Shown here: piece after piece, positions 1-14,200 of the stretch | Layout: the number at the start of each line of letters is the position of its first letter | Position numbering within the stretch: the stretch's first letter is position 1 | DNA from: Ptychomitrium polyphyllum | Lineage: Eukaryota | Assembly (NCBI GenBank): GCA_973851085.1 | Contig: OZ316775.1 | Coordinates: 1,736,001-1,800,000, forward strand | Length of the DNA: 64,000 nucleotides | Reading direction: 5' to 3' | Notes under the pieces: generated by a model | The model's database searches: none | What the model was told of the DNA's origin: nothing | The model's input: the letters and a program-made list of their open reading frames with translations, nothing else | Program-made: the position numbers and the translations under genes

Positions 1-17
1 GTTGTGTACCCATGTAC

Positions 18-1524
18 CTGCTTATAAAGACTTCCTTCTTCGGGCCAAGGGTTGCCGACCGGGCCCTCAAGTTGCAATAAAACATGTTCGAAGCTGTACC
101 TAGAAAAGACATAGAGTTATCCGCTTCCGCTTTGATGTGGTGATAAAACCCCATTCAGTCCTGTTAAACTGCAAGTTAGGCTTGGAGCTGGGTGCGAACA
201 GCACGATAAGTAACAATAAGGATATTCAGTTGGAACCACATTGATGATATGCACCATCGAGGATATGACTATTATGTTACTTGACATTCCATGCTCATTT
301 GAACCAAGATATTCTTAGTTTCATATTAGCCATGATTTTGTCACTCTGAAGTTTGAACTATGGGCATAATTCACTAAATTTGGACTATCTCCTGAATATT
401 GGACTACCAACTTTATAGGGAGATGCCCCATCCTAATGATTTTTTGGCATCACCATCATTAGCCGAATAACGATGATATACGAAGTTTGAAGTCACAACA
501 TCATTGGGATGAGGGCGTTTCTATGAAGTTAATGGTCCAAAATTCACTAAAAAGATCAGATTTAAAAGGTTCAGATTTAAAAAGTCCAGATTTAGTGAAG
601 ATCCTGGTAATTACTTTTTTGTAATTCAGAAAAATAGGTTCCAAGTAGCATACCTAGAAAGCAAGTATCTTAACTGTTGTCAAAGGCCGATTACAGGGCG
701 TTTGGTCAGAGGTTGTCCTCAGAAACAATAGAACGACCGAATTACTTGATTTTTGGGTTCATCTATCCAGTGGTATCAGTATTTGAGCCATACTTTGGCA
801 AATGGTTTGCAAAATATTGTTCAGCGGTTTCGTGGCAAGGTGACCGTGAGATGGTGGGAAGAGAAGTCATGGGAAAACATACCAGCACCATGTTAATTGA
901 AAAACAGCTTCCTAGCACTTGAGTGCTTTGTTGGATGTCCCGAAAGAGAGCAGATAAGCCCACGCTACTCATGACTCGACATGGCCCGTCAGTAACCATT
1001 CGTATATGGTTGGCTGAGAGAGAGGAATCACCTAGAGAACCTGGGCTCCCAGCTCAGTCTTCGGCGTTCTCCGATAATCCATCTGAGACTCCTTTCTGTC
1101 AGCCAACAATACGGCTGGTGGTGTACGTAAAGCACTGCACAACTTAGTTTGCTGCAATCTGAGCGACAGTACCTCACCAACTCACTGGACCTCTCTGCAG
1201 CGTTCTCTGTCACGTTCCTGACCATCAATATGAAATCCTGTACACTCAACGATATGAAATGCTGAATTAAGCCGTGAACCAACAAGTGCAGAGTTGTGGT
1301 AAAGCTCTAGATAGACAGAGCAACATCTGCTAAATAGTGATGCCAGTTTACAGAGCGCTAAAACACAGGCTGACTACGCTACGTCATCAAGACGAGAAGT
1401 TGGAACAATATCAAATGCTACTCCACCGTCGCTACTCCACCCCTCCCTTGACCGGACCAAATTGACAGCTGACGGTTGTTGATTTGTCGTAACCCTGGTT
1501 AAGGACTCTCACCTTAGGGGACAT
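18..1524 (-). CDS. Putative 5' exons of an unidentified protein-coding gene continuing beyond the left edge (partial model)
   Basis: Three minus-strand exons have GT/AG sites and mutually consistent phases: 1524-1513 (ATG TCC CCT AAG|gtgaga), 1237-1173 (tacag|...GTG AG|gtactg) and 99-18 (ttctag|...AAG CAG|gtacat). They join to MSPKDFILMVRNVTENAAERSSELVRYSFEHVLLQLEGPVGNPWPEEGSLYKQ. A GC-rich leader and a microsatellite lie upstream (1525-1960). Family not recognised. Confidence 0.35.
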
Positions 1525-1830
1525 CGCTGGAAGTTACGCGCAGCAGAAACTCGCTCAGACAAGCCCACCCTACTGCAGCGGAGTTTACAGAGTCCGAGCA
1601 GAGGTCATCCCACTCGGGCGGCACCCGTCAGTGGCACCGTACATTGCCGACTAGCATCCACTGTAGCGGCTCCCGCAGTTGGAATGATGAAATGCACTTG
1701 AGAGCAAGAGAGAGAGGTGGTCGAGGACGAGGTGCTCATGGCTTGTTCAACAGGGCTTGTGCTCCAAAGGAGCGTGCGAGGAGATCGGTTCGATCGACGA
1801 GAGCGCTGGACACACAATGCACATACTCTG

Positions 1831-1871
1831 CACACACACACTCACTCACTCACTCACTCACTCTCACTCAC
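1831..1871. repeat. (CA)n/(CTCA)n compound microsatellite
   Basis: cacacacacactcactcactcactcactcactctcactcac, read directly. Confidence 0.9.
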
Positions 1872-1999
1872 GACAAGAGAACATTTGGGAAATAGCAACA
1901 CGGGCTTTACCAATCTGAGCTACTTGTGGAAGTGCTCTCTTTGGGAAACTTTTCTCTCTTTAATAAGAAGGCTAGTCAGTAGCTAGCATTAGTAAGATA

Positions 2000-4900
2000 G
2001 AAAACTTATTAGTATCTATCTTACTTCCTATACTCATATTGCCCACTATGTAATGTTGAATAATTGATCTATTTTATTCCAATTGAATCTTCATGTGTTT
2101 GTTTACTTATTGTTTTTTAGTTCTTATGTTTGAACTTAAAAGTAAAATTAGTATATTAAGGGATCAATTTTATGAAGTATGTTTTTTATTTTACTTAACA
2201 TTGCTTGTCTATTTGAAGTGTAAATGAAAATGGTTTATTGAAGTGTAAATGTAAATAAAAATGATTGGCTAATTTGATTTATAATGTTAAATTAGTCACT
2301 TATGGAGGTGTTTGGATGGTATAGCTTAGCATATCTATGTTTAAATGCACATTAATATATGTTATGCATATTTTCAAAGAATTAATTTTTAATTATTTTT
2401 AAAAAATATAACATAGAAACAATGAAAAATCAAGTAAACAAACTTTTAAACTACTATATGCATAAACCATGGAATAGACTTTTGGTTTGCAAAAGATGAT
2501 ATATTGTAAAAACTTTGAATTTCAAATCCACCATTTTAAAAATGCTTTAATCAATTTCAATTTAATTTTGATTGTAAAAATGGTCTATTTTTGTGTTAAA
2601 TTTGGAATTCCAAAAAACATCACATATCCAAAATTTTATTTAAAACACTTTAAAGAAATAATTATGAAATTTCATTTTTTAAGTTATTTAAAGTTCAAAA
2701 CGTAATTCATAAAAAGCAATCCATAAAGTATTCTTTTTTAAAAAAAGTTTTATAAAATACATTTTGAAACACATTTTTGCCACAATAAAAAGCAAAAACG
2801 TGTTACAAATATATTTTGATAAACTAATAAAAAACTTCTATAATATTGGGGCATAATTAAGAAATTTCAAACTTTGGACCTCTAAAAAAGCTATAGCCAA
2901 GATCTCTCAAATCTATTTTTAATTTGCTTTTATTGCCCAAAACTCTTCCAATTGCTCATCTAACCTAAAAATTGTTATTGACCTATCAAATCTACCACCG
3001 GCATTATTAGATGATAGTTGTTAATTATTTTCTTTATTAGTTCATTTAAATGATGGATGTAGATTTAAAATTATAAGATGTGGAATTTTAAGACCAGTAT
3101 TTAAAACCATCAATTAAGAACGTTGAAGGTGTGTATATATTTTTTAATCGTAAGTATAATTCAAGATTACCAAAGTAGCTCTTTTTGCAATTAATTGTAT
3201 TGTTATTGAATTTTAAGTCTTTTAAGATTGTTTTAGTATGATTTCCTTAGTTTTAGATTTTAGTTCTCAAACTTCTTATATCCGGTAGTTAAATGTCCTA
3301 ACAAATATACTTTAAAACTTGTATTATATAGATTATTGAGGAATATCATTTATAGGATAAAGACACTCTAAGAATACAAGGTGAAATAATTCTCTTTAAT
3401 AAATATCTTTATAATTTGGAACTTAGAAATCTCATACTTTTCTCATAGAAATTTAAATAGGAGCATCTCCCTCTTAAAATGGTTTCTATCCTACTCGATG
3501 AAACATCACATGTTTAATGGACACAAGAGTATGTAAAAATAAACACTAAAATTTCTGCCGGCCCCCTAAAGGAGACCAGAGTTCTTTTCTTTCGAGACCA
3601 CACGTGGCAACAGTTGTGGAATCTCATAACTTCGTGCAGAAAACGCCGCCCAACCCAAATTGTGCACCTCCGTTAGAGGCGCCGCCCAACGTTGGGCGAG
3701 CCCCACGTTCCAAGGTGTCGAACAGGGCTCGGTCTACAGGCCTCCAACAAACATTATGATACTGTAATTGGTTGCTCACGTAATATCCAGTCTTGAGTGC
3801 ATGTAAGTTACACACTTGCAGATTCTACTCAACCGCAAACACGAAGTTTCTGCACCTGATCATGTCGAAGTAATACGAGAAAACCTGAGCTCGGTGAGAA
3901 TTGCTTCGCATCCTCACATCCTAGATATCACATCATTCACAGAATTCACCGAAGGAGAGGTGAGTTGTGACCAGGTCAAATCTAGTTGGGGCCTCTAGTT
4001 AGCCATAGTCTCCACGCTCAATCATCCACTGTCCAAGACCACCACAGTGGGGCCATTCACATTTGAAAGGAGGATCACACATGTGCCACTTTTGCTGCAG
4101 TTCTTCCCTTAGTCATAGTTCATCTGAAATCACTATGAACAGGACATTGAAGTAAACATTGTCGGCTCTCTATAAAGGTTTATGAGTTTGTACTCAAACA
4201 AACGAACATACGTCCATGATCATTGAAGACCGCTCATATGAAATTTCATATGAAAAGCTTATCAAGTCTAAACTAAGTGTAGTTTATGGTCTACACTTTG
4301 AGATTAGTAACCTCTAAGCATTAATCATTCCATCACATTTACAAACCTTGAGGGTCAAGATCTAACATATGTTTTGAGGCACATTCATACACAGTACTTC
4401 TTTTTAGAAAAAGGACTTCACTGATTTTTTTATACCATGTGGACTATTATCACAAATTTTATCTTTTATTATTTTTTAATTTTTTTAATGAAGCTCACAT
4501 ATCAACACACTAAATCAGCATTTTTACTTACCCTTATTACATTTCAACTCAGTGAGTCAATAACTCGGTCAAACTATTCATAACATGATTTGGTAAGCCG
4601 GTATTGTAAATTGACCATGTTGGTTGGTGACATGCTAATAGAAAATCTTGATATTTGTAAATGTAACTTGCAAGTTGTTAATGACATGGTTTTAAATAAA
4701 TTTGAACTTCTCATGAAATTGTTAAACTTTCTTTTTTACTCAAATAACTTGAATTTTAAATTATTCATAATGGTCTCCAATTAAACATTGAAAATGTATC
4801 AATAAATATTTTTAAAATAAATTTCCAAGGTTAATAACCAATGAGCTTTAGATATTTACAAAAATTAAACATTCTAATTTTGGAAATCTAAATTGGATAT

Positions 4901-7170
4901 AATTGATGAATATATTTTATAATTGAGGTCTTGGTTAAATGTTTAAACAATTTATATTGTATCACTTTGTATGTAACCTTGTTGATGCTTGTACAAATGG
5001 CAATAATTTTTTAATTTCTTTTGATAAAAATATTATACCACCTTATAACTTTCTTTAATTGATTAAAAAAATTAAATTATTTAATAGTATTTTAACATGT
5101 TTTATTGTACAAGGTTCATTATGTATATATGTATAAATAAAGATTTTATTTGAAAAAATCATATTTATATTTAACTCCTTTTAAGCACAAAATCTATGAA
5201 ATTCTTTAGTAGGAAAAATAGAATGTTTTTTTAAAGTCATATGATGAAAGTTTTTTGAATTTTAAAGTTTTAAAAGACAACACCTCATTCAAGTACATTT
5301 GATTGTAAATCAATACTTTGGTGATATTTTTAATAAACATCTATAAAAACAATATAAAAAATCACATATAGCTATTTTATATTTTATTTTTATAAACAAT
5401 TGGATTCCAAAATCCTAAAGTTGTAGTAACTTTATAGTTACTTTATACATTTTTAGATTTTGGTTTATATTCATATTTTTAAAACTCTCATAAACTATAA
5501 TTTTCACACATTTTTTATTTGTATTATGTTTTAACTTATTTTCTTTAAATATAAAGCATTAATTATACAATGGAATAAGTGATAAAATTGCAAATGATTT
5601 ATTTACAATAAAACCACTTTAAATGATTTACTTTGTATTTACTTTAACTTCCTAAATATGAGTTCATTTTATGATTTGATGAAATTTAAACTATCTTTTT
5701 AAATTAATTGCATCTTGTTAATTGCAAAATCTTAATCAATTTAGCATCTTGGTTATACAACTCAAAATATAGAAGTCAAAAGATGAAAAATCCATATGGA
5801 ATTTCATCTTGTATTTTTGCATCATCTTTTGGAAATGAATGCTTTAGAAGTATCTGTGAAGTACATCTTCTTTAAATAATTAAAATGTACCTCAACAATT
5901 TTAAAACAATGTTGACAAAATTGTATTTGATCTTTTTGGAATTGGCTTTAATACAAAATTAGTCATTATTTCTTATTACATAGATGTACAAATAATTATA
6001 TACAATAATCTGAAATAATAAATAAATTCAAAATTATAATTAAATAAATATGTATATTTATAAGTGATAAAGATGATTCATATTTATATGCACATATTGA
6101 ATTTTTAATATAAGCTTTGCTTTATAATCATTGTTTTGAGAAAAAACTATTTAACAATTGTGTGTGTATAGCATTGCATAGTTTTAATATTTTGTATATA
6201 TGTATATATATATAATTTTTTAAAAGTTTTGTGATTTTTATAATTATGAGATTTTTGAAAATAAAATTAGTTGATATTGGATGCAATAATATTTTTATCT
6301 AACATTTTGTATCATAAATTTCTTCAGTGTGTATATTCAAATGTTTTTGCAAGTTCAATTGATATGTTCTATCACATATAAACATCCAATTACTTTCTTT
6401 CATTATTTAAAGTTGAATTATAATCCACATTCAATTGAATAATTAAACGTTATATGTGTTTAATATAAATACGTGTGATAAAGAATATTTTTTTATCATC
6501 ATCTAAACTTTAAATTACAATTCATTTTAAAACTATAATTAAACATCATTTTGAATAATTATAAGTACATATTATATAGAATTTTTGATTAAAAAGTTAA
6601 ACTTCTCTTTGAATTAAAAATTAGAAGTACTTGTATAAGATTTTTAGAAGAGAAAATGATTTAATTAAATTTGATTAAATCTTGCAAACTTTTAAATTTT
6701 TTATAATGTTGGTTTGTTTTAAACATGGATCACTACTAAAATTGAAGGTTTATTAGGCCAATATTTAGGACATCAATGTGTTTTGTATGAAATTAAAAAA
6801 TTCTTATAAAATACTGGAGTTTGTTAAAAAATATCATGATCAATCTTTGGTTTTGGCAATGATAAATCACTATTTAAATCTTTTTCAATTTGCAGATGAT
6901 AACATTGTAGAAGTACTTATCATGTGTAAGGGTTGGATTTAATACAATTATATGATTGGAAAAGTAGATTTTGTTACTTGAAATAGAATCCATATAGCCA
7001 TATATCGGTTTGCACTTTAAAGTGATTATTACTTTTTTACTTTTTATGTTTACTTTTTATTGTTAATTTTTTACTATTTTTTTACTTTTTAAAAATTTAA
7101 TTGGTAATTTTAATGTTTGTTGTTCAATTTTTACGTTTTACGTTTTACTTTTATTGTTTATTTTTTTACT
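2000..7170. other. AT-rich intergenic tract, probably decayed repeat-derived DNA, interrupted by a GC-richer island at about 3550-4300
   Basis: Very A/T-rich composition with no credible ORFs or splice patterns. Repeat origin is inference. Confidence 0.5.
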
Positions 7171-7406
7171 TTAACAATTGCACAGAGGCCTGCATTAATT
7201 ACCTTCACATCAAAGATGTAACGGGCATCCTTGTTTCGTGCTGTGAACAAACCACTTTCCTACGGTGCAAAAAATGCGAAAGAAGTGAAAAACCTAATCC
7301 ATAAGTCAGTCAATCCAATTAATCCAGATTAGTAACAAAGGCACGAACACTTAGTGTTCACATGCAAAAGCGATGAGATCACGCTTCCATGGCTCATGGA
7401 GGGGCC

Positions 7407-7567
7407 CCTTTGCCTTTGCCTGTTCGCCTTTGTGCCTTTGTGCTTTTGTGCCTTTGTACCCTTGTGCCTTTGTGCCTTTGTGCCTTTGTGCCTCTGTGCC
7501 TTTGCCTTTTGCCTTTTTGCATTTGACTTTTGCCTTTTTGCGTTTGCGTTTGCGTTTGCCTTTGCCT
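7407..7567 (+). repeat. Degenerate (TGTGCCTT)n/(TGCCTT)n/(TGCGTT)n simple-repeat tract upstream of HUB2
   Basis: Tandem 6-8 bp units are visible directly and explain the low-complexity ORFs at 7329-7842. Confidence 0.9.
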
Positions 7568-8288
7568 GGCAGGGCTGCAGGGGAGGGGAGTGAGCACGGC
7601 AATGGGACAACACAGGGGCGCGGAGATTCATTTTTTCTTTTTCGTCTTTCTCCGAGCTTGGAGGCGCCATAGCCATTGCGGCCTGTTGTTCCTCGCTCCG
7701 CTTTGTGGCTCCGCGCTTCCACGGCCGCCACTCTTTTGCTTTGCTTGTGAAGTTCGTCGCTGCCGGAGTTTTGAGCGTCTTCTCGCGGTCTGCCGTGCCA
7801 GGACGCCTGCGTTCCGGGGTCGTGTTGGTGCGGTTGTGGCATCCGGGAGGCGATGGGATGAACGGGCGGCTTGTGGAGGGCGTGAGGCGGACGGGCAGAC
7901 AGGCGGAGAACTGGAGTGCGGCTTTTTCGTTTCTAGGGTTTGCAGATTTTTTTTAATATATATATTTTTTTATTGTGTTGTGGTGGCCTTGTTGGAAGGG
8001 AGGTTAGGGTTTGGACCAGAGTGTTTGGCAGCATGCAGGTGGATGGGAGAAGATTCGTTGGAAGGATATTTTTTTATGAGGGGAGTGGTGTAGAGAGGGT
8101 AGAGCTTTAGCGCGTGGGAGAGCGGGTGGTTCGTTTTGGCGAGGTTTTCTGTGTGAGATTGGAGGGAGTTTTTTTCTCTTAGGGAGGGATTTGGCCAGCC
8201 CGTCGAGCTGGAGGTGGCACAGACTGTGAAGGTGCATCTGAAAAAGATAGCGTCTGATAATGTGCCCCAAGGCCTGGGCCGGGGCAGC

Positions 8289-11200
8289 ATGGGAAGCGCA
8301 GAGGAGCCTGAGCGCAAGCGGCGCCACCTCAATCATCATCACCCTGCCTCCCCGCCACTCAAGAAGCCGGCTGTTACTTCCGCTTCAGATGAAAAGAAGG
8401 TATTTGTTTTCGTTGTTGTCCTCATTGTCATGCATGTAGGGTCTTAGAGAAGTTATTGATTCGGGTGACGTTTGTTAATTTGGCGAATTTGCATGAGTTG
8501 AGAGTTTGGGCTGAATACGATACTCCGTGGCATTCTTAAGTACCTTTACTGTCGATGAAATTAGCAAAGCAACCCAGGACGAGAGTCAGTCTCGGCGAAA
8601 ACAATGCAGTAGGGATAGAAAGGATTTTACTCTTCTTGAAAACTCATTACTGTCATGATTTACAAGTCTCAGTAGTACGATGTTGTTGAAGCAAGTCTTA
8701 ACCCATACTATAAACCGAAATTTTAGAAGGAGGTAGTGGCATTAGGCACATTTACATTGACTAAATTCGATATTAACCTGATCTTGTGATTTTGGAGGGG
8801 CACGCGAGAATTTTGAGAGGTATTTGTTACTGCCATGTATTTCTAATATGCCGGAGAGGATTCATACACTCTTGCATGCTTAGGCGATTCAACCTATGAT
8901 CATTGCCTTACGACGCGTTAGGTTCGAGGTGAAGTGTTATATTTAATTACGTTCTAAAAGTTCTAGAACGAATTCAAAAGATTACATTGAGTTCAGGTAC
9001 TCTTGCGGAGCTGCTGCTATTTAGCATATCGTTCTGTGTGTTTTCTTTGGAAGTGATGCTTGGCGTAGTTATCCATGTTTGCCCTAAAAGGCGGGTGTCA
9101 ACCTTTTAATAATAGTTCCGTAGTTCGTCAGTGGGTGGAGTTTAATGAGCTTTGCTCTGCAAAAGAATAACTTTAGTTTGATATCTGGGGAGGCTTTACA
9201 AGCATTGATGATTCAATTTTTGTGATCATTGTTATTTTAGGTCTAGTAAATTATGAAAGCACTTTCCTTACAGTGAGGGTTATTGCAGGTGGACCCAGCC
9301 ATGCTTCAATTCCAGAATCACAAGTTGGCACAACAGCTGGATTATCAGCGTTCAGAAATCAGCGCTTTGGAGAGTAGGTGTTCCCAATTTAAGGCCAAAC
9401 AGGCTTCTTACGATGACACTCTCATCACAGTAAATCGCGCATGGAACACGGTTAGTGTCATACCCTCTTTTCCATTGCCGAGTTTTTAGTCTTTGTCGAG
9501 AATTTGTCGAGTTCATCGTGTATGTGTACTTCGGCTATTTACAGTTTACAATGATTAGGAATGTACAACGAAGAACAGAGCGATGCCTACTCTGGAACTG
9601 TGACGCAGTGCTTTTTGTCATGTTCAATATGCATACGAGTCATCAATTAAAAAAAACGATAGACGGTACTTTGTGGTTTTAGAAGTTTAATTTGAACGTC
9701 ATTTCCGTCTTTGATGGTTCTATTGTATTGAATATGTGCTTGTGGCGTACAGCTTGTGGACGATTTGGAATTGCTTGCAGTCCGTGCAAATGCCCCCACG
9801 AATGGCCTACGAGTGCTGGAGCCCTCACCAGCATTTAAGGGTAAGATGCACTTCACCGCCTCAGTGTAATATTTGACTGCTTTATATGAGGGATGCGCTT
9901 ACCGTGGAACCTTTTTATCCTCCTATTGAGAGCGCCGTACAAAACCTTGATTGTGATACGTTGTAAAAGCTGCAACTTCTATTTCTTTGTTTAACTTTCG
10001 AACATTCTCTTGTTGCTGTTATGTGTTCTTTCTCGTGTCTCTTTGTTGGCTTCTTTTGGCTATTTACTTGAACTTGATATCATTAGGCTGGTATCTAAGA
10101 GCACTTGTTGAACTGAAGCTTCCCCCTAGCTTAGGATTCCTGACTATTTTGCTGCCGTATTTGTTACAGAGAGGGCGGGTCCTGGTGTTCCGCCTGAAGA
10201 AACATTTCTTCAGAGGCTCTTGGAGAAGGGGGCCACTGAGAGCAGCAACGGTGAAGAAAGTAGCAATGGGTCAGCAGTGGAGGCTGGGCTGGCTTCTAGA
10301 AAGGCTGTGACAATGAAGACAATGAAGTGTCTGCTGCAAGCCATTGACGTTCAACGAGCAAAGAATGACGAGATCGCAGCGTCCTTACGAAATATTGCGA
10401 GTCCTCATGGTAAGTTCCTGTTGGCGATTGGGACGGCTGACATGCCGTTTTTTTAACCTTCAGGTTGCACATAGGTTTTTGCGATTTTAATGCGTCGTAC
10501 TTTCTCATATTGAACGCATTCTGTGTGAATCAAGTAGTCATAGTGATTGCTGTTAGAGACTGTCAGAACGTTTTGCAAATTCCTGCAGCCGTGGATTGCA
10601 ACTAACTTTTTGGTTATAAAACACTTAAATATGACTATGAGTACGAGAATGACTAATACTGCAAAGATATTTTTAGCAGTATTTGTGGTTGACATAGTTT
10701 TTGGAAGATGCAACAGAAGCAGGACGAGTTTTAGAGAAGATAAACGAGGACTTACGTGCAGAAATTACCAAAATACGAAGTGTGATGGATGCATTGCATT
10801 TGAAACACAAAGAAATGTCTGCTGAAATTGGGACTGCTCGAGATCTTCAAGCTAAGGATCAATCTGAGATCAAACGTCTAGCTGGTACGTGTACGCTTAT
10901 GTTGGTTCAGCCTTTGATAGATGTGAGAATGTAAAATGGTTGTCTGTCGAATCCGATTTGTCTACTAGTAAATAGACGAACTGGAATTTGTGTTTGCAGT
11001 TCATGGCTAGCAGAGTAGTTCCCTGTTTTGGATCTCCACAATTCGAAATCTTATTTCTTTGCTTAAGACATTTGGTGAATATAAACTAAGTTCGACTGAT
11101 GGTACTACATTTTAATTGTTTGAGCCTTCCTGCATCTTTTCTTAAAAGACTGGTTGTGGCGAAGCTTGGGAATATCTCAGATGAAGCCCTGAAATTATAT

Positions 11201-14200
11201 CTCACTGATGTTTCTCTCTGAAACTTTTTTTGGGTTGTGTTTGTGAAGTTTGTTTGTGATGTTGCAATCTGGATATTCCAACTAGGGACTAGTTGTCTAG
11301 TTCGGTTTTTAATATACTTATTTCTCGGGTAATTTCTTTGTCTTCAAGTTGTATCTTACATGATCTTTTTGGATGCTTATCAAGGTGAGCTAGAGGAGAC
11401 AGCAGGTGATCTGGAACTGTGTAAACGGAAGCTGGCAACACTCCGCAGTCAGAAGGAAGCTGCAGCTGCTACACCACCTACTCCAGGTGCGGCTCAGCTT
11501 GGTGTTAAGAGTGAGGGCGGAGATCGAGGCTTAGGCAATGATAAAACATCACGGGAAGCCCGTGAATTGGAAGCTGCACTAGAAGAAACAAAGGTGCAGA
11601 TTATGATCCTATTTGCAAGTTGTATTCTATTTGCATTTTAGAAGTATTAAAGAAGTCCGTCAGGAGTATAATGCACTAGTGTTCGGTTTCTCATGTATGC
11701 ATGACAGGTCACAGAAGTACCTCATTGTAGTTAGTAACATATTAAGCCTGTGTCTGAACTTGCCTTTATGGTGTCAGCCTAAATAGTTCTTCTTTGAGTT
11801 ACCTGTTGTAAGTAAGATCGAGTCGTTTATGAAGCTACTATGTATTTTGATTTTTTTGGGGGGTGCTGAGCAATGTCAAGCATTGATCCGAATGTCAGGA
11901 AAAGTTCAGGGTCTTTTATCAAAGAGTTTGGGAATATGTGTTTTCTTTCAGACATTGGCGTCAAGAAGATTGGATGAGCTACAAGAAGCACTGCAAACGC
12001 AGTTGAACCTGTCCCAGCGACTGCAACAAATGCAGGTTAATTGTCATTCCTTTGTACCTTCAATTTATCAATTATGCATCATTTGTAGATGTTAGTAACC
12101 TACAGCAGGTGAACATTTTGGAGTCGTACTGAAGGTGGCTTTAGAACTTGTACTATGCTCTGAGATTCAACGTCTTATGATTTCTATTCTAATTCTGACT
12201 TCATGGCGATTAACCCCTATCTTCTGGACTTTGTCATGGTCACAACAGGATGCGCTGCTTGATGAACACAGGATCTTAGCATCTCGTCCTTATGTAGTAC
12301 TTAACGACCAAGCTCAGTTCTTGAAGGGTGAAGTTGAACGGTATAGAGGCCTTGTGGACAAGCTTCAGGTATGTTCCTAAACTGAACCGTCTATCATGAT
12401 GCTTATTTGGCAAACATTCAAGTCTTCTCATAGTATTTTAAACGACCAAAGCAGCTTTTAATAACAATTACGAGACCTGATGCTTGTGACTATTGCAGAG
12501 TGAACGTGATGCAATGTCCCGTCGAGAGAAAGAGGTACTGTTGAAGGCTGAGGCTGGCGAAGCAGCCCGCAGGGCAAGTGCTATTGCAGATGCCAGAGCT
12601 GCAGAGCTAGAAACCAAACTGCAAGAGTGCATGACAGATCGGGATACATTGCAACTCAGATTAGAGGATGCCACTCAGTCCTCAGGTAAATAGTCAATAT
12701 TATATCGCCTTGGCCTTTAAATGCATAGGGTGTTATACTTCAGGCTGCTAGTGGTGTCAATTTCGTTACAGGTGAGCTTAGATTGAGGTGAGTTGTGAAG
12801 ATCGTAAAATTAACTGTTTTTAATTGAGTCTTTTAAATTCTTTGCAGGAAGGAGGGATTCAGTACCTGAATTGCAGGTGATGATATCTACACTTCATAAG
12901 GAGATGGGCATGATGCAAACACAACTGAACAAGTTTAAAGAAGCAGCTTGCGAGGTTCATTCACTTAGAGCAGAGATCCACACTCTGGCCGGAATCCTTG
13001 AAAGAAAGGTATTTAAAATATTAAAACCGAGGTGAATGATATGAAGAACTCAGATATAGATCTGAGATTGTGCACTTGGAAGCATGGTGATGTATTCAGT
13101 GACTAGGGGAGATTCTTGATTGTTTGCTCCCCTGTTACTTGTGCACACATTTCAAGAAAAAAATTTAGTGATTTCGTGACGGGCTTTATCATCAGTAGCA
13201 TGGTCTCTGCCCACAAGCTTCCTCTTTGTGTTGATCCTTAATGGTGGTACTTCTTTTTGCAGACACTGGAATGCACACACCTTTCAGAGCAGTATGTTGC
13301 CCAAGTTGCTGAGTTGACATCCTTGAAATTCGAGGTATGGGATGGATTATTGAGTATTGTGTTACGTTACTAAACCTTACTAGTAACGTAAAGGTATTAG
13401 TAATGTTTCTTTAGGTTTTGTGTAGATGGGTCTGGTTTTCGTTTTACAATGCTTGTACTTTTCTGCAATCACATGGACACTTCATTCGAGTTGGAATGAT
13501 GAAGATAAGGACAAGCTCCATTTGTGTTGGACAAGTGCCTCTGATTTGTTCAATTATATGCAGGTGGAAAGTTTGCGACAAAGTGATCAGGAATTGCAGC
13601 TTATACTGGAGATGTATGAAAGAGAGTCGACTGCTCCAAGGTTTGTTTGATAACTGATTCATTGTGAAGCTGTTGTTAAAGCAATATGTAATTTAATATA
13701 GAAGTTTTGACTTCATCCTCTTCTCTCAGTTGTTTGTGCAATCACTATGTTTAAATAGCTACTCCAAGAATACAGAAGCTTTGTTACATGAGATTAATTG
13801 TTGAAAATGGGTGTCCAGGAGTATGCTGGAGTTGCAGCAAGATCATTGTAGAACTTTGGTGCAAGTTGATCGCTTGAAGAGAGCACTTGATGAGCATAGC
13901 TTAGAGCTTCGGGTGAAGGCTGCTAATGAGGCTGAGGCTGCTTGTCAACAAAGACTTTCAGCTGCTGAAGCTGAAATTGCTGAACATCGTCAGAGGCTTG
14001 ACGATTCAGAAAGGTTTGATTCCAGCCTTTGGATACAAATTATTACAGTACATTTTTTCCGTTGTTTCCTCATTGATGTTTACTCTCCATGTGCCTGCAT
14101 CTATCCTAGGTACTGGGGTTGCTCCTTAACTGGCTACCCGAATTTGTCTACTTTCGGTAGGAGATGTCCATTTAAGTTTCAATAGTGTAACATATGCTTT

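Noticed and set aside
7329..8093. Several overlapping 67-187 aa ORFs upstream of HUB2
   Set aside because: They arise from a simple repeat and GC-rich leader sequence; low complexity and no domain.
8214..8288. Non-AUG N-terminal extension of HUB2
   Set aside because: The frame is open upstream, but ATG 8289 has good context and gives the typical MGSxxEPxRKRRH start.
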